Assembly (NCBI GenBank): GCA_963803415.1
Contig: CAWDMI010000002.1
Location: 2,723,512 to 2,787,511, forward strand
Direction of reading: 5' to 3'
Length of the DNA stretch: 64,000 nucleotides
Origin: an uncultured delta proteobacterium
Lineage (GTDB): Bacteria; Desulfobacterota; Binatia; UBA9968
Part shown: one piece after another, positions 19,381 through 29,943 of the stretch
Layout of the letters: the number at the start of each line of letters is the position of its first letter
Numbering within the stretch: position 1 is the stretch's first letter
Notes under the pieces: model-generated
The model's input: the letters and a program-made list of their open reading frames with translations, nothing else
Databases searched by the model: none
Told to the model about the DNA's origin: nothing
Program-made: the position numbers and the translations under genes

Positions 19381-20412
19381 CTAGAGCGAGCGCGCGGCAA
19401 TACGAAGCTCCGTCGAAGGATCGAAAAAGCGCAGCACGTTGGCATCCACGGCGAAGTCATGGGTCATGTTGGGTTCGATTCTTGCGGTGACGGTCGACGG
19501 TAATCGGCCGATCACTTTTTGATCCGCATCGGGATGGGCGAGCGTCCCATACAGGAGGCGGTCGGCGCCCAGGTATTCCACTCGGGTCACACGAAAAGAA
19601 AATGTGACCGTCTTTGACGTGCCGTCTTGAGTTCCTTTAGGTAGAAAGTGCTCCGGTCGAAAACCCAAGAAATAATTATCGCGCCGCACCAAATTCATGG
19701 GTGGCGAGCCGACGAAGCGGGCGACAAAGGTATCCGCCGGTTCGTCGTAAATCTCTTGAGGCGTGCCCACCTGTCGCACCAGGCCGCCGCTCATGACGGC
19801 AATGCGGTCGCCCAAACCCATTGCTTCAACTTGGTCATGAGTGACGTAGATGGTCGTCGTGCCGATGCGCCGCTGAAACTGCTGTAGTTCTTCGCGGGCC
19901 GACGCGCGCAGCTGGGCATCGAGGTTGGAAAGCGGCTCATCAAGTAGGAATACCGCCGGCTCGCGCACAAGCGCGCGCGCCAAAGCAACGCGCTGGCGTT
20001 CGCCGCCGGATAGCTCGCGCGGTTTGCGCTGCAGCAGATGGCCGATGCCAAAAAGAGTCGCGGCCCATTCAACCTTTTTCGGGATTTCCGTTTTGTCTAT
20101 TCCCTGCGCTTTCAATGGGAAGGCGATGTTCTTGAAAACGGTCATGTGCGGATAAAGCGCGTAGCTTTGAAAGACCATTGCAACCTGGCGCGCGCGCGGC
20201 GGCAAATCGTTGACCACCTTGTCGGCGATCAAGAGTTCTCCCTCGCTCGGCGTTTCCAGGCCCGCGATCATGCGCAAAAGCGTGCTTTTACCGCAGCCAG
20301 AGGGCCCGAGCAGCACGAGAAACTCACCGTCTCCAGTGCGCAAATTGATGCCTTTTACAGCCGGGACTTCGCCGTAATATTTCTTGATCCCGCGTATTTC
20401 AACGGTGGCCAT
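19381..20412 (-). CDS. ABC transporter ATP-binding protein (MalK/UgpC-like)
   Basis: Walker A GPSGCGKST, signature LSGGERQR, Walker B, and a C-terminal TOBE domain. Confidence 0.9.
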   Translation of the reverse strand: MATVEIRGIKKYYGEVPAVKGINLRTGDGEFLVLLGPSGCGKSTLLRMIAGLETPSEGELLIADKVVNDLPPRARQVAMVFQSYALYPHMTVFKNIAFPLKAQGIDKTEIPKKVEWAATLFGIGHLLQRKPRELSGGERQRVALARALVREPAVFLLDEPLSNLDAQLRASAREELQQFQRRIGTTTIYVTHDQVEAMGLGDRIAVMSGGLVRQVGTPQEIYDEPADTFVARFVGSPPMNLVRRDNYFLGFRPEHFLPKGTQDGTSKTVTFSFRVTRVEYLGADRLLYGTLAHPDADQKVIGRLPSTVTARIEPNMTHDFAVDANVLRFFDPSTELRIAARSL

Positions 20413-20562
20413 CGAGGGGTGACTATGCAGATGCTGGATTCAGGTATCGATCGGCAGCGAGATGAATCGGCAAGTGAGAGTCGAAGATCGGACTCTGCCT
20501 TCATCCGATTAGGCGCGGCGGGCCTTTTTATGACTAAATCTGCCGCTGGCGTCGCGACTGTC

Positions 20563-21906
20563 CTACATCAGTTTGCGCTCCCGCCACTTCTCCCAGACGC
20601 GCTTGCATTCCGCTTCGGCTTCTTTGACGGCGTCCTCGGGGCTCAGCACGCCTTGAGCGGCCTTGGCGAACATGACGTTGATGATCCACTTCTGGTAGAT
20701 CTCATCGATGGCCGCGTTCGCGTAACCCGGGTAGCCGATGTTGGTGGCCCAACTCAGCACGTCTTCCAGCACCATATACTTGTCAGACGGTTTAGCTTTG
20801 GCGTCCTTGCTAAGCAGCTGCTTCAAATCTGGGACGGTGCGTTGGAAGCAGGGGAAGTCGTAGAATTCACCGTTCACGAATGCCTGACGGAAGTTGCCGA
20901 CATAGTCGACTAGAAACTTCGTGGCGCCGTCGATGTTCTCGGCGAACTTCCAGATTACGTAAACCGCCATCACATGCTCCACGCCGATCCGCCGAACGGG
21001 CCCAGCCGCGGCCTTTGCCAGGTGAATCTTTTCCGTAAATGCCGGATTGTCTTTCTCCCCGGTTCGCGTGATAGAAATCGCATTGAGCGCCAGTGAGATT
21101 GTCCCTGCCAGCATCGCTCGATTGTTAGAAGAAGCGTCCCAAGTAAACACTTCTGGGGTCATGGTTTCTTGAAACAGAGCCTTGGCAAATTTCACGGCCT
21201 CGACCGTGTTCTTGGAATTTAACGTCAAATTACCATTGGCATCCTGCTCACCGGCGCCGAAGGAGTACATGATAGTACGCATGGCCATTGCTGTGTCGAG
21301 TTCCTGCGCTAAACCAAGGCCCACCGGGATGTTGTGCTTCTGCTTGATCTTGCGGCCGCCGTCGAGGATCTTGTCCCAACTGTCCGGCGCAACTCCGACG
21401 TCGTCCCATAGATCTTTCCGCCAGTTGATCGGGTCGGGTGTGAACGATGGAGAAAAGCCAAAATATTTTTTCGTCTTGGGGTTGTAAGTGCTTTTGATGG
21501 CAAGGTCGATGGGCTTGCCGTACTTCTTTTCACACTCGGCATAAACGTCCTTCATGTCCATCACCTGATCTTCGTAGAAAGGCGGCGGCCATAAGAAGAG
21601 GAAAAGGTCGTGACCTCTCTGGGCGGAGACTTCGGCCGCGGCGCGGGCGCTAAGGCCGGCAAGGCCGATATTGTCGACGGTCACTTCGATGCTATTTTTT
21701 TCGCCCCACTCTTTGACGTATTTCTCGTTGAACCATTTGTCGAAAGCGGGGACGAAATGAACCCATTGAAGAATTTTAAGAGTCTTCCTAGCGCTAGCGG
21801 CGTGGGACCGCGATGGAACTAGGATACTCGTGCTGAGCCCGGCTCCGAGCGCTCCCGCCGCCGTGGTTTTGATGAAATCGCGTCGAGAAAGTCGTTTCTG
21901 TGACAT
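20563..21906 (-). CDS. Extracellular solute-binding protein (family 1, sugar-type) with Tat signal
   Basis: RRDFIKTTAAGALGAG twin-arginine signal; length and composition fit a sugar-type SBP. Confidence 0.75.
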   Translation of the reverse strand: MSQKRLSRRDFIKTTAAGALGAGLSTSILVPSRSHAASARKTLKILQWVHFVPAFDKWFNEKYVKEWGEKNSIEVTVDNIGLAGLSARAAAEVSAQRGHDLFLFLWPPPFYEDQVMDMKDVYAECEKKYGKPIDLAIKSTYNPKTKKYFGFSPSFTPDPINWRKDLWDDVGVAPDSWDKILDGGRKIKQKHNIPVGLGLAQELDTAMAMRTIMYSFGAGEQDANGNLTLNSKNTVEAVKFAKALFQETMTPEVFTWDASSNNRAMLAGTISLALNAISITRTGEKDNPAFTEKIHLAKAAAGPVRRIGVEHVMAVYVIWKFAENIDGATKFLVDYVGNFRQAFVNGEFYDFPCFQRTVPDLKQLLSKDAKAKPSDKYMVLEDVLSWATNIGYPGYANAAIDEIYQKWIINVMFAKAAQGVLSPEDAVKEAEAECKRVWEKWRERKLM

Positions 21907-22305
21907 GGGTAGCTCCTTTTTAGTCCCGCCATCTCAACGAAGAAACTGTGGGATATATAGCCGACAATTCAGCCCGATGTCAATTTATTGCTGGCGCTGC
22001 CGCATCGGGTCGTCCGGCCCGCAAGGGACGGTGGTCTGGCGATCAATTTTGCCAGGTTAGCGGGCGGATGGGTATCGCGGAGCCGGCCCTGAGCGCGGTC
22101 GAAGGGCCTCAACCCATCCTACAACAACTACCTCCGTAAACAGGGCAAGGCGGTCGGTGGCCGTGATCCTCGAGGCCATGCCATATCTCACAGGTGTACA
22201 AGCGCGTTGGCCATCGTGGTGGTTCGAGCCGGTGGAGGCCCTTGAAAGTTGCGAGAGGGGGAACTGTGTGTTAGGACCGAGATTCGACGGGCAACCGGTA
22301 AGACA

Positions 22306-23670
22306 ATGGATCTCGCAAATCTCCACTTGCTCTCCGCTTGCGAAGCCGCGCGCTTGATCCGTGAGGGAGTCATTAGTTCGGAGCAATTGGTCGAGGCCTG
22401 TCTCGCGCGCATTCGCGCGGTCGATGAGCAAGTCCAAGCGTGGGCGTTTCTTGATCCCGACTACGCGCTGGGGCAAGCGCGCGCCGCAGACTGGCGGCGC
22501 AGCGAGGGGCAGCCGGCCGGCCCGCTGCATGGCGTGCCCGTGGGTGTGAAAGACATCTTCGACACTGCCGACATGCCGACTGAGAATGGTTCCGTCCTCC
22601 ACGCGGGGCGTGCGCCTGCGCGCGACGCGACTGTGGTGGCGAGGCTGCGCGCCGCGGGCGCAGTGATCATGGGAAAGACCGTGACCACTGAGTTCGCGTT
22701 TCTCACGCCTGGAAAAACGCGCAATCCGCATAATCCTGAGCATACACCCGGTGGTTCCTCCAGCGGTTCGGCCGCGGCGGTTGCTGCCGAAATGGTGCCG
22801 CTCGCGCTCGGCAGCCAGACTAACGGCTCAACGATCCGGCCCGCGGCATTTTGCGGTGTGGTCGGCTTCAAGCCGACGCATGGCTTGATCTCGCGCCACG
22901 GCATCCTCGCGCTCTCGCGCACGCTCGACCACGTCGGTTTATTCGCGCGTACTATCGGCGATGTCGCGCTGCTTGCCGAGCAACTAGTCGGCTATGACGA
23001 GCGCGATCCCGATACAAGGCCGCGCGCGCTCGTTCCGTTCGTCGATGCGGCAGCCGGGGAACCACCGCTGCCGCCGGTGTTCGCGTTCGTGAAAACCCCT
23101 TACTGGGAGCGCGCGGATATGGAAACGAAAGAGGGGTTCGCGGAGCTTATCGAGCGCCTGGGCGACCGTGTCGAGGAGGTTGAGCTCTTCCCGTCGGCAA
23201 CCCTTCGACCTGGCTCAGGGCAGGCCGACGCGTGGCAGTGGCAGCGCACGATCATGGCAGCCGAGATGGCGACAAACCTGGAACGGGAATGGGACGAAGG
23301 CCGCGATCGCTTGTCAGAAACGTTGCGCGCACAGCTTGAACGGGGACGGGAGGTGCGCGCGCTTGACTACCAGCGCGCGGTCAGCCGGATTCAGCCAATC
23401 TATGAAAACTTTGTTGAGCTGTTCAAGCAGCACTATGACGCGATCCTGACGCCGTCCGCTCCGGGGACCGCGCCGAAGGGACTTACCTCGACCGGAGATC
23501 CAGTGTTCTGCGCGCTGTGGACGTTGTGCGGCATGCCCGCGATTAGCCTGCCGCTTCTGCAGAGCAGGAACGGTCTACCGCTTGGAGTTCAACTCGTCGG
23601 CCCGCGCAATGACGATGCGCGCCTGCTGCGCACGGCGCGTTGGCTGGCGGCCAAAGTCGCAGCCGGCTAG
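22306..23670 (+). CDS. Amidase signature family enzyme
   Basis: GGSSSGSAAAVAA amidase signature; Ser-cisSer-Lys region. Confidence 0.8.
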   Translation: MDLANLHLLSACEAARLIREGVISSEQLVEACLARIRAVDEQVQAWAFLDPDYALGQARAADWRRSEGQPAGPLHGVPVGVKDIFDTADMPTENGSVLHAGRAPARDATVVARLRAAGAVIMGKTVTTEFAFLTPGKTRNPHNPEHTPGGSSSGSAAAVAAEMVPLALGSQTNGSTIRPAAFCGVVGFKPTHGLISRHGILALSRTLDHVGLFARTIGDVALLAEQLVGYDERDPDTRPRALVPFVDAAAGEPPLPPVFAFVKTPYWERADMETKEGFAELIERLGDRVEEVELFPSATLRPGSGQADAWQWQRTIMAAEMATNLEREWDEGRDRLSETLRAQLERGREVRALDYQRAVSRIQPIYENFVELFKQHYDAILTPSAPGTAPKGLTSTGDPVFCALWTLCGMPAISLPLLQSRNGLPLGVQLVGPRNDDARLLRTARWLAAKVAAG

Positions 23671-23673
23671 CTT

Positions 23674-24417
23674 CTACCGGCGCTCTTGCAGCTTCGCAAG
23701 CAGGCGCAACATTTCGAGGTAGAGCCAGATCAGCGTCACCATCAGTCCAAAGGCAGCGTACCACTCCATATACTTCGGCGCCCGCTGTTCGGCTCCTTGC
23801 TCGATGAAGTCAAAATCCAAGACAAGGTTGAGAGCGGCGACCACTACGACAAAGAGACTGAACAGAATACCGAAAGGGCCGCTGCTGTGAATGAGCGGGA
23901 TGCCGACGCCAAAGAAGCTAAGAACAAAGCCGAGCAGATAAACAACAAAAATGCCGCCGGTAGCGGCAAAAACGCCGAGTTTGAAATTTTCCGTGGCCCG
24001 GATCCATCCGGACCGGTAAGCAATGAGAAGGGCTCCAAGCGTACCGAAGGTCAGAAAAACAGCTTGACTTACAATCCCTGGATAGTTCGCTTCAAAGACT
24101 GCTGACACCCCTCCCAAACCGAGACCCTCGAAGCCGGCATAAAGCGGCGCCGTGATTGGCGCCCAGGTCTTCTTGAACACAGTGCACAGCGCGGCGATCA
24201 GACCGCCAATAAATCCGGCCGCTGTGAGAGGTCCTACCCCCGCCCCTGAGTTCCAGGTGAAGCTCGCAGCCAGAATGAGGATAACAAGCGAAAGGGCGGT
24301 CTTGTTGACCGTCCCGTTGATCGTCATTGCCTCTGTTCCGGGAAGGGCTCTCTCGCCCCGAAATGTATCAGCGCTCAGCGCCGGATTTCCAGAACGCATG
24401 GAAAGATGTGTAGCCAT
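23674..24417 (-). CDS. Bax inhibitor-1/YccA family membrane protein
   Basis: Seven transmembrane helices and the C-terminal MEWYAAFGLMVTLIWLYLEMLRLL motif. Confidence 0.75.
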   Translation of the reverse strand: MATHLSMRSGNPALSADTFRGERALPGTEAMTINGTVNKTALSLVILILAASFTWNSGAGVGPLTAAGFIGGLIAALCTVFKKTWAPITAPLYAGFEGLGLGGVSAVFEANYPGIVSQAVFLTFGTLGALLIAYRSGWIRATENFKLGVFAATGGIFVVYLLGFVLSFFGVGIPLIHSSGPFGILFSLFVVVVAALNLVLDFDFIEQGAEQRAPKYMEWYAAFGLMVTLIWLYLEMLRLLAKLQERR

Positions 24418-24443
24418 ACGCGCCTCCGAGTTTGAAAATTTGG

Positions 24444-24860
24444 TTAAAGTTTAGACAACGATTCACCTATTCCCCAGAGCTGCATCGACGCTCCAGGTAC
24501 CTGAGCCCCTGCTCGCGATGTAAAGAAAAACAAAACAGTAGATGACTGGCAACTCGCCATAATTTTGGTTGGCCAGAAGCCGATTGGCAGGTGTTCCATG
24601 AAGTAGGCAGCAGCCATTTCGCCGCTAGCAAGAAAAGCGATGAAGCCAGTCAGCCATCCCGCCGCCACGAGTGAGCCACCGAAAAACTCGATTATTCCTG
24701 CTAATCCCATCAATGAAAAAAGCGGCGCTGCGGCTCCGCTCAGACCGCCAAAAACCCCAAAGAGCTTCTGTGCTCCGTGGCACGCGAAAAGCAGTCCCAC
24801 GATGATGCGCATGGCCGCATCGATATGGGGCGCGCAACTGGCGAGGAGTTTCTCCATGGC
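24444..24860 (-). CDS. DoxX family membrane protein
   Basis: Transmembrane pattern RIIVGLLFACHGAQKLFG...GIIEFFGG typical of DoxX. Start chosen at MEKLL. The C-terminus is atypical. Confidence 0.5.
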   Translation of the reverse strand, partial: AMEKLLASCAPHIDAAMRIIVGLLFACHGAQKLFGVFGGLSGAAAPLFSLMGLAGIIEFFGGSLVAAGWLTGFIAFLASGEMAAAYFMEHLPIGFWPTKIMASCQSSTVLFFFTSRAGAQVPGASMQLWGIGESLSKL

Positions 24861-25271
24861 GCTCTTTGTTGATGAATTCTGACTTACGGACGCTGCCCTA
24901 TTATATTTACCGGCATGTAGACTTATTTGTAAAGAGCGAGTGTGCGACAAAACGGCAGACCTGAATCGGTTAGGGCTTTCAATCGTCCAACACTCATCTC
25001 ATCCTGCTCTAGACGAAAGCGTTCGGGGAGTACTCGAGGGTCTGGCCGCAAGCGGTTCAATGCCGCTTGCTTTTCGCCGGCCCCAGACGGCGAAAGCCTA
25101 GGCCCATAAATTCGGCAGCATCTTGCACTCGGTGAGTAAATGGGGATAGGCTCTGTCTGTCTTAAGGTGAATGTGTAGCGCTTCGACGCGAAACTGTCGG
25201 GCGGTTGCTGAAAGAATTTTTTCCGATCTTCATGGTTCGGAGGGTAATTCCGTCCTTGAGGGTAGCGAACG

Positions 25272-25586
25272 ATGAAAGAGCTGGAAGTCACGCTCGAGCG
25301 TTTGGAATCGGCAGTCGTTCTCCATGTTGAGGGACCCGTAGATAGCGATACGGCTGCCTTTCTACAGGAGCCGCTCCTGCATGCCGCTGAGAGTCCAAGC
25401 GGCGCAGTGCAGATCGACTTGGCCCGAGTATCGTATATGAGCAGCGCCGGCTTGCGTGTCCTGCTACTCGCGGCCAAGGCGCTGCAAAAACGGGCCGAGC
25501 GGCTGCGACTGCTCAATGTCCCGCCGCAGATCTATAATGTCTTGAACCTAGCGGGCTTTACATCGTTCATTGACGTCAACTTGTGA
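25272..25586 (+). CDS. STAS-domain anti-sigma-factor antagonist (SpoIIAA/RsbV-like)
   Basis: 104 aa, with the conserved phosphorylatable SSAGLRVLL motif. Confidence 0.75.
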   Translation: MKELEVTLERLESAVVLHVEGPVDSDTAAFLQEPLLHAAESPSGAVQIDLARVSYMSSAGLRVLLLAAKALQKRAERLRLLNVPPQIYNVLNLAGFTSFIDVNL

Positions 25587-26009
25587 TCCCGATGCCTCGT
25601 GGGGGGAGGCCCGGCGCTGTGCGCGAGGGTAGCAAAAAGATCGAAGCAAACGTTTGGCAACAAGTACCCGGCACCACGTCCGTCGAAATCTTCCCGATTA
25701 TCACCAAGCCGACGCAAACGTAGGGGCGGAACGGCTTGACGATATTTTGACCACTCTCAAGCCGCGACCCGATCACTCCAGTTGCTTTAGGGAAGCGCCG
25801 CCTTGACCTTTATAACCGGACGCTTGGCTGGCTCGGCGGTAGTCTCGAATGCAGCCAACATAACGGCAGCGCTGAATTCGTCATCAGACTGCCGGCGCTC
25901 CAGCCAGTGTGAAGTGGCGCGCGCAGGAGTGATAGTGCCTGTTTTGGCAGGTGGGAGAGTTCGAAGCGTTCCGGCCTGACCGGCGCGTCATCATCCGCGG
26001 CGGGACTTA

Positions 26010-27242
26010 ATGAAACTCTTGCACCGACTCCTGCTCTTTTGCGGTCTGCTCGTTTTTCTTCCCGGGGGAGTCCTTGCCGAGGACATAGTCATCGGCATGT
26101 CCGCTGCATTTACCGGACCATCGAGGGGTCTCGGTATCGAGCTCTATCGGGGTTCCATGGCGTATATCGAGCACATCAATCAAAGCGGCGGTGTCTCCGG
26201 CAGAAAGATAGTCATTAAAGCCTATGATGACGCTTATAACCCCATATCCGCCATACAGAATACCATTAGATTTATGGAACAGGACAAAGTGTTTCTCTTG
26301 TTTGATTATGTAGGAACGCCCACAGTGACCAGGGTCCTGCCGCTGCTCAAAAGCTACCGCGTTAGGCCCATGTTCTTATTCTTTCCCTTTACCGGGGCTC
26401 AACCCCAACGACAGCCGCCTTATAACGCCTATGTATTCAATCTGAGAGCGTCGTACCAGGAGGAGGCAGAAGGATTGGTGGATAACTTTGTACTCGTCGG
26501 CAGAAGAAGGATTGGTGTTTTCTATCAATCTGATGCCTATGGCAGGAGCGGCTGGGACGGCATAAGAAGAGCGTTAGCGAAAAATGGGGGCCTTAAAATT
26601 GCCCAGGAGGCGACTTATCGCAGGGGGACAGCCTATTCCCAGACGCTCAAGGATCAGGTTGAAATTCTTAGAAGCGCGGCGCCGGATGCGATTATTTCTG
26701 TGGGGGCTTATGAGGCTTGCGCAGGTTTTATTAGAGATGCGCGGAACGCCGGCTGGCGAATTCCCATTGCAAATGTCTCTTTCGTAGGTAGCGAGAGTTT
26801 AGCGGCCCTACTGCTGGAGAGCGGCCGGGCTGCGAAAAAAGACTACACGCAGGATCTCATCAATTCACAGGTGGTGCCGAGTTATGAGGATACCTCATTG
26901 TCTTCGGTTAGAGAATATCGGGAATTGATAGACAAATATAACCCCCTGCCCCCGCACAATCTTATCGACCAAAACTATAAACCACTCCAATACAGCTTTG
27001 TCAGCCTGGAGGGCTTTCTGAATGCCAAGCTGCTCGTTGGCATCCTCAAAAGAATGGGGGAGAACGTCACAAGTAGCCGTATCAAAGAAGTCACAGAGCG
27101 GATCAAGAATCTGGATCTCGGAATGGGTACGCCGATTTCGTTCGGTCCCGATAAACACCAGGGGTCGGAGAAAATTTATTATACGACCCTTAGCGATGGC
27201 AGGTTTGTTCCGATCACGAATTGGGGGAGATGGAGGCAATGA
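26010..27242 (+). CDS. Periplasmic binding protein, type 1 (LivJ/ANF-receptor-like) with signal peptide
   Basis: Signal peptide and the VIGMSAAFTGP...GRKIVIKAYDDAYNP PBP1 pattern. It overlaps the next gene by 22 bp. Confidence 0.75.
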   Translation: MKLLHRLLLFCGLLVFLPGGVLAEDIVIGMSAAFTGPSRGLGIELYRGSMAYIEHINQSGGVSGRKIVIKAYDDAYNPISAIQNTIRFMEQDKVFLLFDYVGTPTVTRVLPLLKSYRVRPMFLFFPFTGAQPQRQPPYNAYVFNLRASYQEEAEGLVDNFVLVGRRRIGVFYQSDAYGRSGWDGIRRALAKNGGLKIAQEATYRRGTAYSQTLKDQVEILRSAAPDAIISVGAYEACAGFIRDARNAGWRIPIANVSFVGSESLAALLLESGRAAKKDYTQDLINSQVVPSYEDTSLSSVREYRELIDKYNPLPPHNLIDQNYKPLQYSFVSLEGFLNAKLLVGILKRMGENVTSSRIKEVTERIKNLDLGMGTPISFGPDKHQGSEKIYYTTLSDGRFVPITNWGRWRQ

Positions 27243-29173
27243 GGCTGTTTAAGAAGACCCTCATCCTCATGGTCATTTTGTTTGGTGTGATTGCCACCAC
27301 GACTTCTATCGTTTCGGGTTGGAACCTGTACAGGCAACTTACCAAAGAATATCAAAGCAAAGGGACAGCAATCGCAAAGAGTATTGCGGATTCTAGCGTA
27401 GAGTTGTTGCTGAACAGGGACGCTTCGACGGTTCAGGCTGTAGTTGATCAGTTTACCGAGATTGAAGGGGTGGCTTACGCTTTTGTTGCCGATCGGCATG
27501 GAGAGATCCTTTCCCATACCTTTGTTCCCAGAATACCCATGGCAGTCTTGCAAATTCAGAGCGAGATCCAGAAACGAGGCGCCAGAGAAGAACTAATCAC
27601 CACCAACCTCTATATTGACGGTATCGGAGAGGTCATTGACATCGCCGCGCCGATACTGGCCGGTGTGGCCGGATATGCGCATGTGGGCATGGACCGAAGC
27701 ATTATTCGGGCGCAGATTTGGTCTGCCGTCATGGCGCAACAAAGACTCATGTTGATCATTTTCTTGTTCAGCGTTCTCCTCGCCTATATCCTCGTGAACC
27801 GGATTTCTCGCCCTCTAAACCTACTGGCCGAACATGCTCACACACTCGCCTCTAGTGACTTTGCGGCTTCAGCGAGTGCGGTGACGGAGATTGAATCCCT
27901 TGCTACGAAATCGAGCGATGAAATAGCGGAACTCGCGGAGTCTTTTGTCTACATGGAGCAGACCTTGCGACGATATCTAAAAGACTTGGCGGAGACCACA
28001 GCGGCGAAGGAACGCATCGAAAGTGAATTGAAAATCGCCCATGATATCCAGATGAACATGGTGCCCCAAATTTTTCCGCCATTTCCCGAACGGCACGAGT
28101 TCGACATCTTTGCTACGCTAGTTCCGGCAAAGGAAGTCGGAGGAGATTTCTACGACTTTTTCTTCCTCGATGACGACCGGCTATGTTTTGCCGTCGGCGA
28201 TGTTTCCGGGAAAGGGGTGCCAGCGGCCCTTTTTATGGCCCTGACCAAAACCTTGCTCAAGGCAACTGCAAGCGGGTTGGCCAGCCCCGCGGAAATTCTC
28301 ACCCGGTTGAACGAGGAAATCTGCCGGGACAACGACGCCTGTATGTTCGTCACCTTATTTTGCGGCATCTTGAATATTCGCACCGGCCAGTTTGATTACA
28401 GCAATGGCGGACACAACCTTCCGTTTTACCTCTCCCGCGACGGCGTGAAGCCGTTGGAAAACACGGGAGGAATGGCGCTGGGTGTGGTGGAGAAACTTGT
28501 GTATGCGTCTAAGCGCATCGTTCTTGATTCCGGGGAAAAGCTTTTTCTCTACACCGATGGGGTGACCGAGGCGATGGATGGCGAGGAGAATCTTTTTTCA
28601 GAACAGCGGTTGGAGCAGTTCCTATCGAAAGCTCGTGGAGGCACCCTTCGGCAGATCGTTGGTGACATTGTCAACGAAATCAGGAACTTTTCCGCGGGAG
28701 CCCCGCAGTCGGACGATATAACGGCTCTAGCATTGGAATATGTGCGGCCGGGGGAAACGAGATTGACCATCGAGATCAAGAATCAACTCTCCGAGCTGGA
28801 AAGGTTGAATCAAATCGTCACCGAATTCGGCGCGCTTCACCGTCTGGGCCCCAAGGTTTCACATGATCTCCATCTCGCTTTGGAAGAGATCCTCACCAAT
28901 GTTATTTCCTACGCCTACTGCGACGACCGCGAACATGATATTCGGGTCCGTCTCAGCTTTAAGCCGGGAAAAGTGACGGCCGAGGTGGAGGATGATGGGC
29001 GACCTTTCAGTCCGCTGGAGGCGTCAATACCCGACGTGAGTCGACCCCTGGAGGAAAGAACCGTGGGAGGACTGGGTATCCATCTCGCGCGCAACTTGAT
29101 GGACGCGCTGGAGTATCGGCGGGAAAAAGGGCGAAACATCCTACGCATGAAAAAGGGCACGGAAGAAGCTTAG
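27221..29173 (+). CDS. Membrane sensor with HAMP, PP2C-type phosphatase (SpoIIE/RsbU-like) and a C-terminal RsbW-like GHKL kinase/anti-sigma domain
   Basis: Two transmembrane segments flank a periplasmic domain of about 150 aa. A HAMP region follows. The PP2C motifs are GGDFYDFF and DVSGKGVPAALFMA...YTDGVTEA. The C-terminal HATPase reads HLALEEILTNVISYAY...EDDGRPF...GGLGIHLARNL. Confidence 0.8.
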   Translation: MGEMEAMRLFKKTLILMVILFGVIATTTSIVSGWNLYRQLTKEYQSKGTAIAKSIADSSVELLLNRDASTVQAVVDQFTEIEGVAYAFVADRHGEILSHTFVPRIPMAVLQIQSEIQKRGAREELITTNLYIDGIGEVIDIAAPILAGVAGYAHVGMDRSIIRAQIWSAVMAQQRLMLIIFLFSVLLAYILVNRISRPLNLLAEHAHTLASSDFAASASAVTEIESLATKSSDEIAELAESFVYMEQTLRRYLKDLAETTAAKERIESELKIAHDIQMNMVPQIFPPFPERHEFDIFATLVPAKEVGGDFYDFFFLDDDRLCFAVGDVSGKGVPAALFMALTKTLLKATASGLASPAEILTRLNEEICRDNDACMFVTLFCGILNIRTGQFDYSNGGHNLPFYLSRDGVKPLENTGGMALGVVEKLVYASKRIVLDSGEKLFLYTDGVTEAMDGEENLFSEQRLEQFLSKARGGTLRQIVGDIVNEIRNFSAGAPQSDDITALALEYVRPGETRLTIEIKNQLSELERLNQIVTEFGALHRLGPKVSHDLHLALEEILTNVISYAYCDDREHDIRVRLSFKPGKVTAEVEDDGRPFSPLEASIPDVSRPLEERTVGGLGIHLARNLMDALEYRREKGRNILRMKKGTEEA

Positions 29174-29801
29174 AGCATGAAAATTAGTGATGGTAAGACA
29201 AATCCTGGCTCTCCAAGAATAGAAAAGTCCGATCGGTCAGTTTAGACTATCGGGAAAGCCGGACGTCACGACGTTGAAAACATTTGAGGGAAAATTCTAG
29301 GTGAAATCGATTTTTGGGCTTCGTCAATTCGTGTTCGACCTGGCGCAGCCTGAATACTTCACCAGTTCGAGCGCGCAACTGTTTCTCTTTGCGGCAAAGC
29401 GTCCCAGCAGCGCAAAGCGTAAAAGTGTTTTGTGCTCGCTGAAAGGTCATGTCCGATTCGACCTCTCGGGTTTTTAGCCTATCCTATCGATCCACGGATC
29501 CCGCGAAGAAGCCAACCTGCGTCTTTAAACCTTCGGCAGGTCGATCACGGTTCGTTGCTTGGACCGGCGCGTGTTTCGATAGCGCCCCACTTCCGCGTCG
29601 GAGACGTCTGGAATAAGCCTCCTCGTCAGATTTCCTCATAAGACCAAAGATAATCTGCAAAATGCAGGTGCCACGTTGCTGATTGTTGCTGCTCAAGATT
29701 TGTGCAAGTCGGTTACAAGTTAAGCAGACCAGGTGGTGCACTGCAGACGCCCCAAAGTAAAAATTTAATGAATTTGTGCCTTTATGTGTCGGTCTTCCTG
29801 A

Positions 29802-29817
29802 TGGCGCGGCTTTTGCT
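29802..29817 (+). promoter_or_regulatory. Candidate sigma-54 promoter TGGCGCGGCTTTTGCT upstream of amt
   Basis: GG-N10-GC with TTGCT, about 140 bp upstream of the amt start. Confidence 0.4.
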
Positions 29818-29943
29818 CCGAAAGAAGGGAACCGGAATATGGCGGCGTGGCAGATCTTTTTTCTGTGACCCCAGCGATAGGCCGTAAGTTTCGCTGGACC
29901 TTGCAATAGTGAGACAAAAGTTCTGGACAAATTTAGGGAAAAT

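Noticed and set aside
20038-20913. 291-aa plus-strand ORF
   Set aside because: It is entirely antisense to the well-supported ABC ATPase and SBP genes. Its composition is Arg/Ala-rich, as expected from the reverse frame of a GC-rich gene.
22057-22743. 228-aa minus-strand ORF
   Set aside because: It is antisense to the amidase gene and has no motif; the amidase has clear signature sequences.
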